DNA of 62,170 bases from an uncultured Myxococcota bacterium (lineage in GTDB: Bacteria > Myxococcota_A > UBA796), in contig CBFICN010000002.1 in assembly GCA_965661045.1 (NCBI GenBank), forward strand, positions 1-62,170. Direction: 5' to 3'. The first letter of the stretch is position 1; each line of letters opens with the position of its first letter. Below the pieces are notes generated by a model. The model did not search any database. It was not told the DNA's origin and was given only the letters and a program-made list of their open reading frames with translations. The translations under genes and the position numbers were made by a program. Below are positions 60,876-62,170 of this stretch, piece by piece.

Positions 60876-62009
60876 ATGGCAGTTGTTTGTATTGCTGGAG
60901 CTGGCGGAATTGGAAGCGCGGTTGCTGTGTTGATGAGAGAGTTTTACGGTCAACCGGTGGATATCTACATTGGAGACATCAATGCACAGGCTAGACAACG
61001 TGCAGTGGACTGGATCGCCAAAAGTGGTACCCACGCGACCATTCTAGAATCCTTTGACATGTCTGGAGATTGGCAGGCCGACTTTGAAAGCAAAGGCGTA
61101 GATATCGATATTATTTTGGATTGTTTGCCGGGACGATTTGCCCCAAGCATGGCAAAAGCAGCGTTGAGACTGCATGCACATTATGTCAACTTGACCGAGT
61201 ATGTTGCCGAAACAAAAGAGATCATGGCATTGGCTGCGAATGCGAAAACCGGCTTTGGTTTGCAGTCGGGGGTGGCACCCGGTTTTGTCAACGTGCTGGG
61301 GAAAGCACTCTTTGAAGAGTTTTGTTCGGAATATGGTGTAGACAAGGCCAATGCATTGGAAATGCGCGTGGGTGCCTTGGGGCGCAACGCAGTGGGTCCA
61401 CACTTTTACAATTTTACGTGGTCTCCGATTGGCGTTGCCACTGAATACGTCAAGCCAGCTGAGGTGGTGCGCAATCATGAATTTACAGTCGTGCCGTCCT
61501 TATCAGAACGTCGGACCGTGTGGGTAGATGGGCTGTTGATGGAGGAGGATTTGACTTCCGGTGGTGCCGCAGATCTACCAATGACTTATCAGCATCAAAT
61601 TGCAAACATCGATTATAAAACCTTTCGCTACCCAGGACACTGGGCTTGGGTGGATCAGCAAATCGCCAACATGCCCGAAGGTGTAGATGTAATTGCTGAA
61701 CTTGAAAAGACAATGCTTTCAGAAATATCCGCAGTGGAAGAAGATTTGATCATTGTTTACGCCGCTGTGGAAGGCAAAGATGCCAACGGTGTTTTGAGAC
61801 GCATTGAAGCGAGCTACCGTGTTGAACCGATGCACATTGGTGACATCAAGCTCAGAGCAATCCAGTCCACCACCGCAGCTGGGATGGCAGAGGTTGCGAG
61901 GATTTTGCTCGACAACAACCATTCCGGTGTGTTGTTGCAGTCACAGATTGATCCTGTTGCCTATTTAAATGGACCTTTCGCAGGGGTTGTTTATGGGCAA
62001 CGACGCTAA
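60876..62009 (+). CDS. Saccharopine dehydrogenase-like NAD(P)-binding oxidoreductase
   Basis: GGGAGGGG RBS then ATG 60876. Rossmann 'VCIAGAGGIGSAVA'; 'GVAPGFVNVL'; 'YKTFRYPGH'. Substrate unknown. Confidence 0.6.
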   Translation: MAVVCIAGAGGIGSAVAVLMREFYGQPVDIYIGDINAQARQRAVDWIAKSGTHATILESFDMSGDWQADFESKGVDIDIILDCLPGRFAPSMAKAALRLHAHYVNLTEYVAETKEIMALAANAKTGFGLQSGVAPGFVNVLGKALFEEFCSEYGVDKANALEMRVGALGRNAVGPHFYNFTWSPIGVATEYVKPAEVVRNHEFTVVPSLSERRTVWVDGLLMEEDLTSGGAADLPMTYQHQIANIDYKTFRYPGHWAWVDQQIANMPEGVDVIAELEKTMLSEISAVEEDLIIVYAAVEGKDANGVLRRIEASYRVEPMHIGDIKLRAIQSTTAAGMAEVARILLDNNHSGVLLQSQIDPVAYLNGPFAGVVYGQRR

Positions 62010-62106
62010 AACTCAATACAGTATTGGATAAAACTAGCCTCACTGGTACAACGAGACCGTGTCGTAAGAGGCATTCACCGATTGCAAGGCAATCAGAGGA
62101 TTTCAG

Positions 62107-62170
62107 ATGGCATCATTTAAAAAAATTGTTTGCGCATATTCCGGCGGATTAGACACATCAGTCATGATTC
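62107..62170 (+). CDS. argG: Argininosuccinate synthase, 5' fragment (runs off the window)
   Basis: AGAGGA RBS then ATG. 'MASFKKIVCAYSGGLDTSVMI' contains the ArgG N-terminal 'AYSGGLDTS' ATP-PPase motif. Not in the ORF track because it is cut by the window end. Confidence 0.85.
   Translation, partial: MASFKKIVCAYSGGLDTSVMI

Noticed and set aside
1-62170. CRISPR arrays, rRNA, transposases or large non-coding RNAs.
   Set aside because: No intergenic gap exceeds about 210 nt. The only tandem repeats found are coding (23832-24113, 26220-27955, 28353-28814). The largest gap (12695-12902) shows only a promoter-like element and small palindromes.

Overview
62.2-kb bacterial chromosomal window, densely coding on both strands: about 58 protein genes and one tRNA-Gln(UUG). 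I saw no rRNA, CRISPR array, integrase or transposase, and no intergenic gap longer than about 210 nt. All ORF coordinates include the stop codon. Several starts were moved off the longest-ORF start where an RBS, an upstream terminator or an N-terminal alignment argued for it.

Layout:
- 1-22.9 kb, housekeeping: S41 protease (5' partial), CGFS glutaredoxin, galE, ftsK, a secreted nuclease plus a short UvrA paralogue, tRNA-Gln, prs-rplY-pth, rpsF-rpsR-rplI-dnaB, two regulatory genes (FHA; HTH-receiver), a BNR/ComEA-like exported pair, and guaA.
- 22.9-46.5 kb, accessory-looking block made almost entirely of exported, lipoprotein, membrane and signalling proteins:
  - a small-protein trio that includes a 16-aa-period Cys-repeat lipoprotein;
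  - a 1185-aa lipoprotein with nine MopE-like repeats plus a Gly-rich tail;
  - a TSP3-repeat lipoprotein;
  - an FHA-GAF protein;
  - a Kv-type K+ channel coupled to a GT-C-like membrane protein;
  - a pseudokinase/TPR operon ending in an FGE-like protein;
  - a divergent operon running from a Zn-ribbon/TPR membrane protein through an FGE-like lipoprotein into three start/stop-overlapping genes (CxxCH lipoprotein, PSCyt-like cytochrome c lipoprotein, Tat-signal DUF1501).
- 46.5-62.2 kb, metabolism again: PhyH-family oxygenase, rhodanese, tldD/pmbA, an acetate kinase fused in one frame to a PduL-type phosphotransacylase, pyrD, pgsA, SLT, nadB, pepP, moaB, a saccharopine-dehydrogenase-like gene, and the start of argG.

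The domain repertoire (MopE-like motif, TSP3, FGE-sulfatase, FHA, DUF1501/PSCyt) suggests a Myxococcota/Bdellovibrionota-like lineage. This is inference only.

Best candidates for undescribed biology:
- the exported FGE-like/CxxCH/cytochrome c/DUF1501 module and its divergent pseudokinase partner operon (33.4-46.5 kb);
- the Cys-repeat lipoprotein cluster next to the MopE-like giant (22.9-28.1 kb);
- the AckA-PduL fusion (53.1-54.8 kb).

All family names come from motif recognition by eye. No searches were run.
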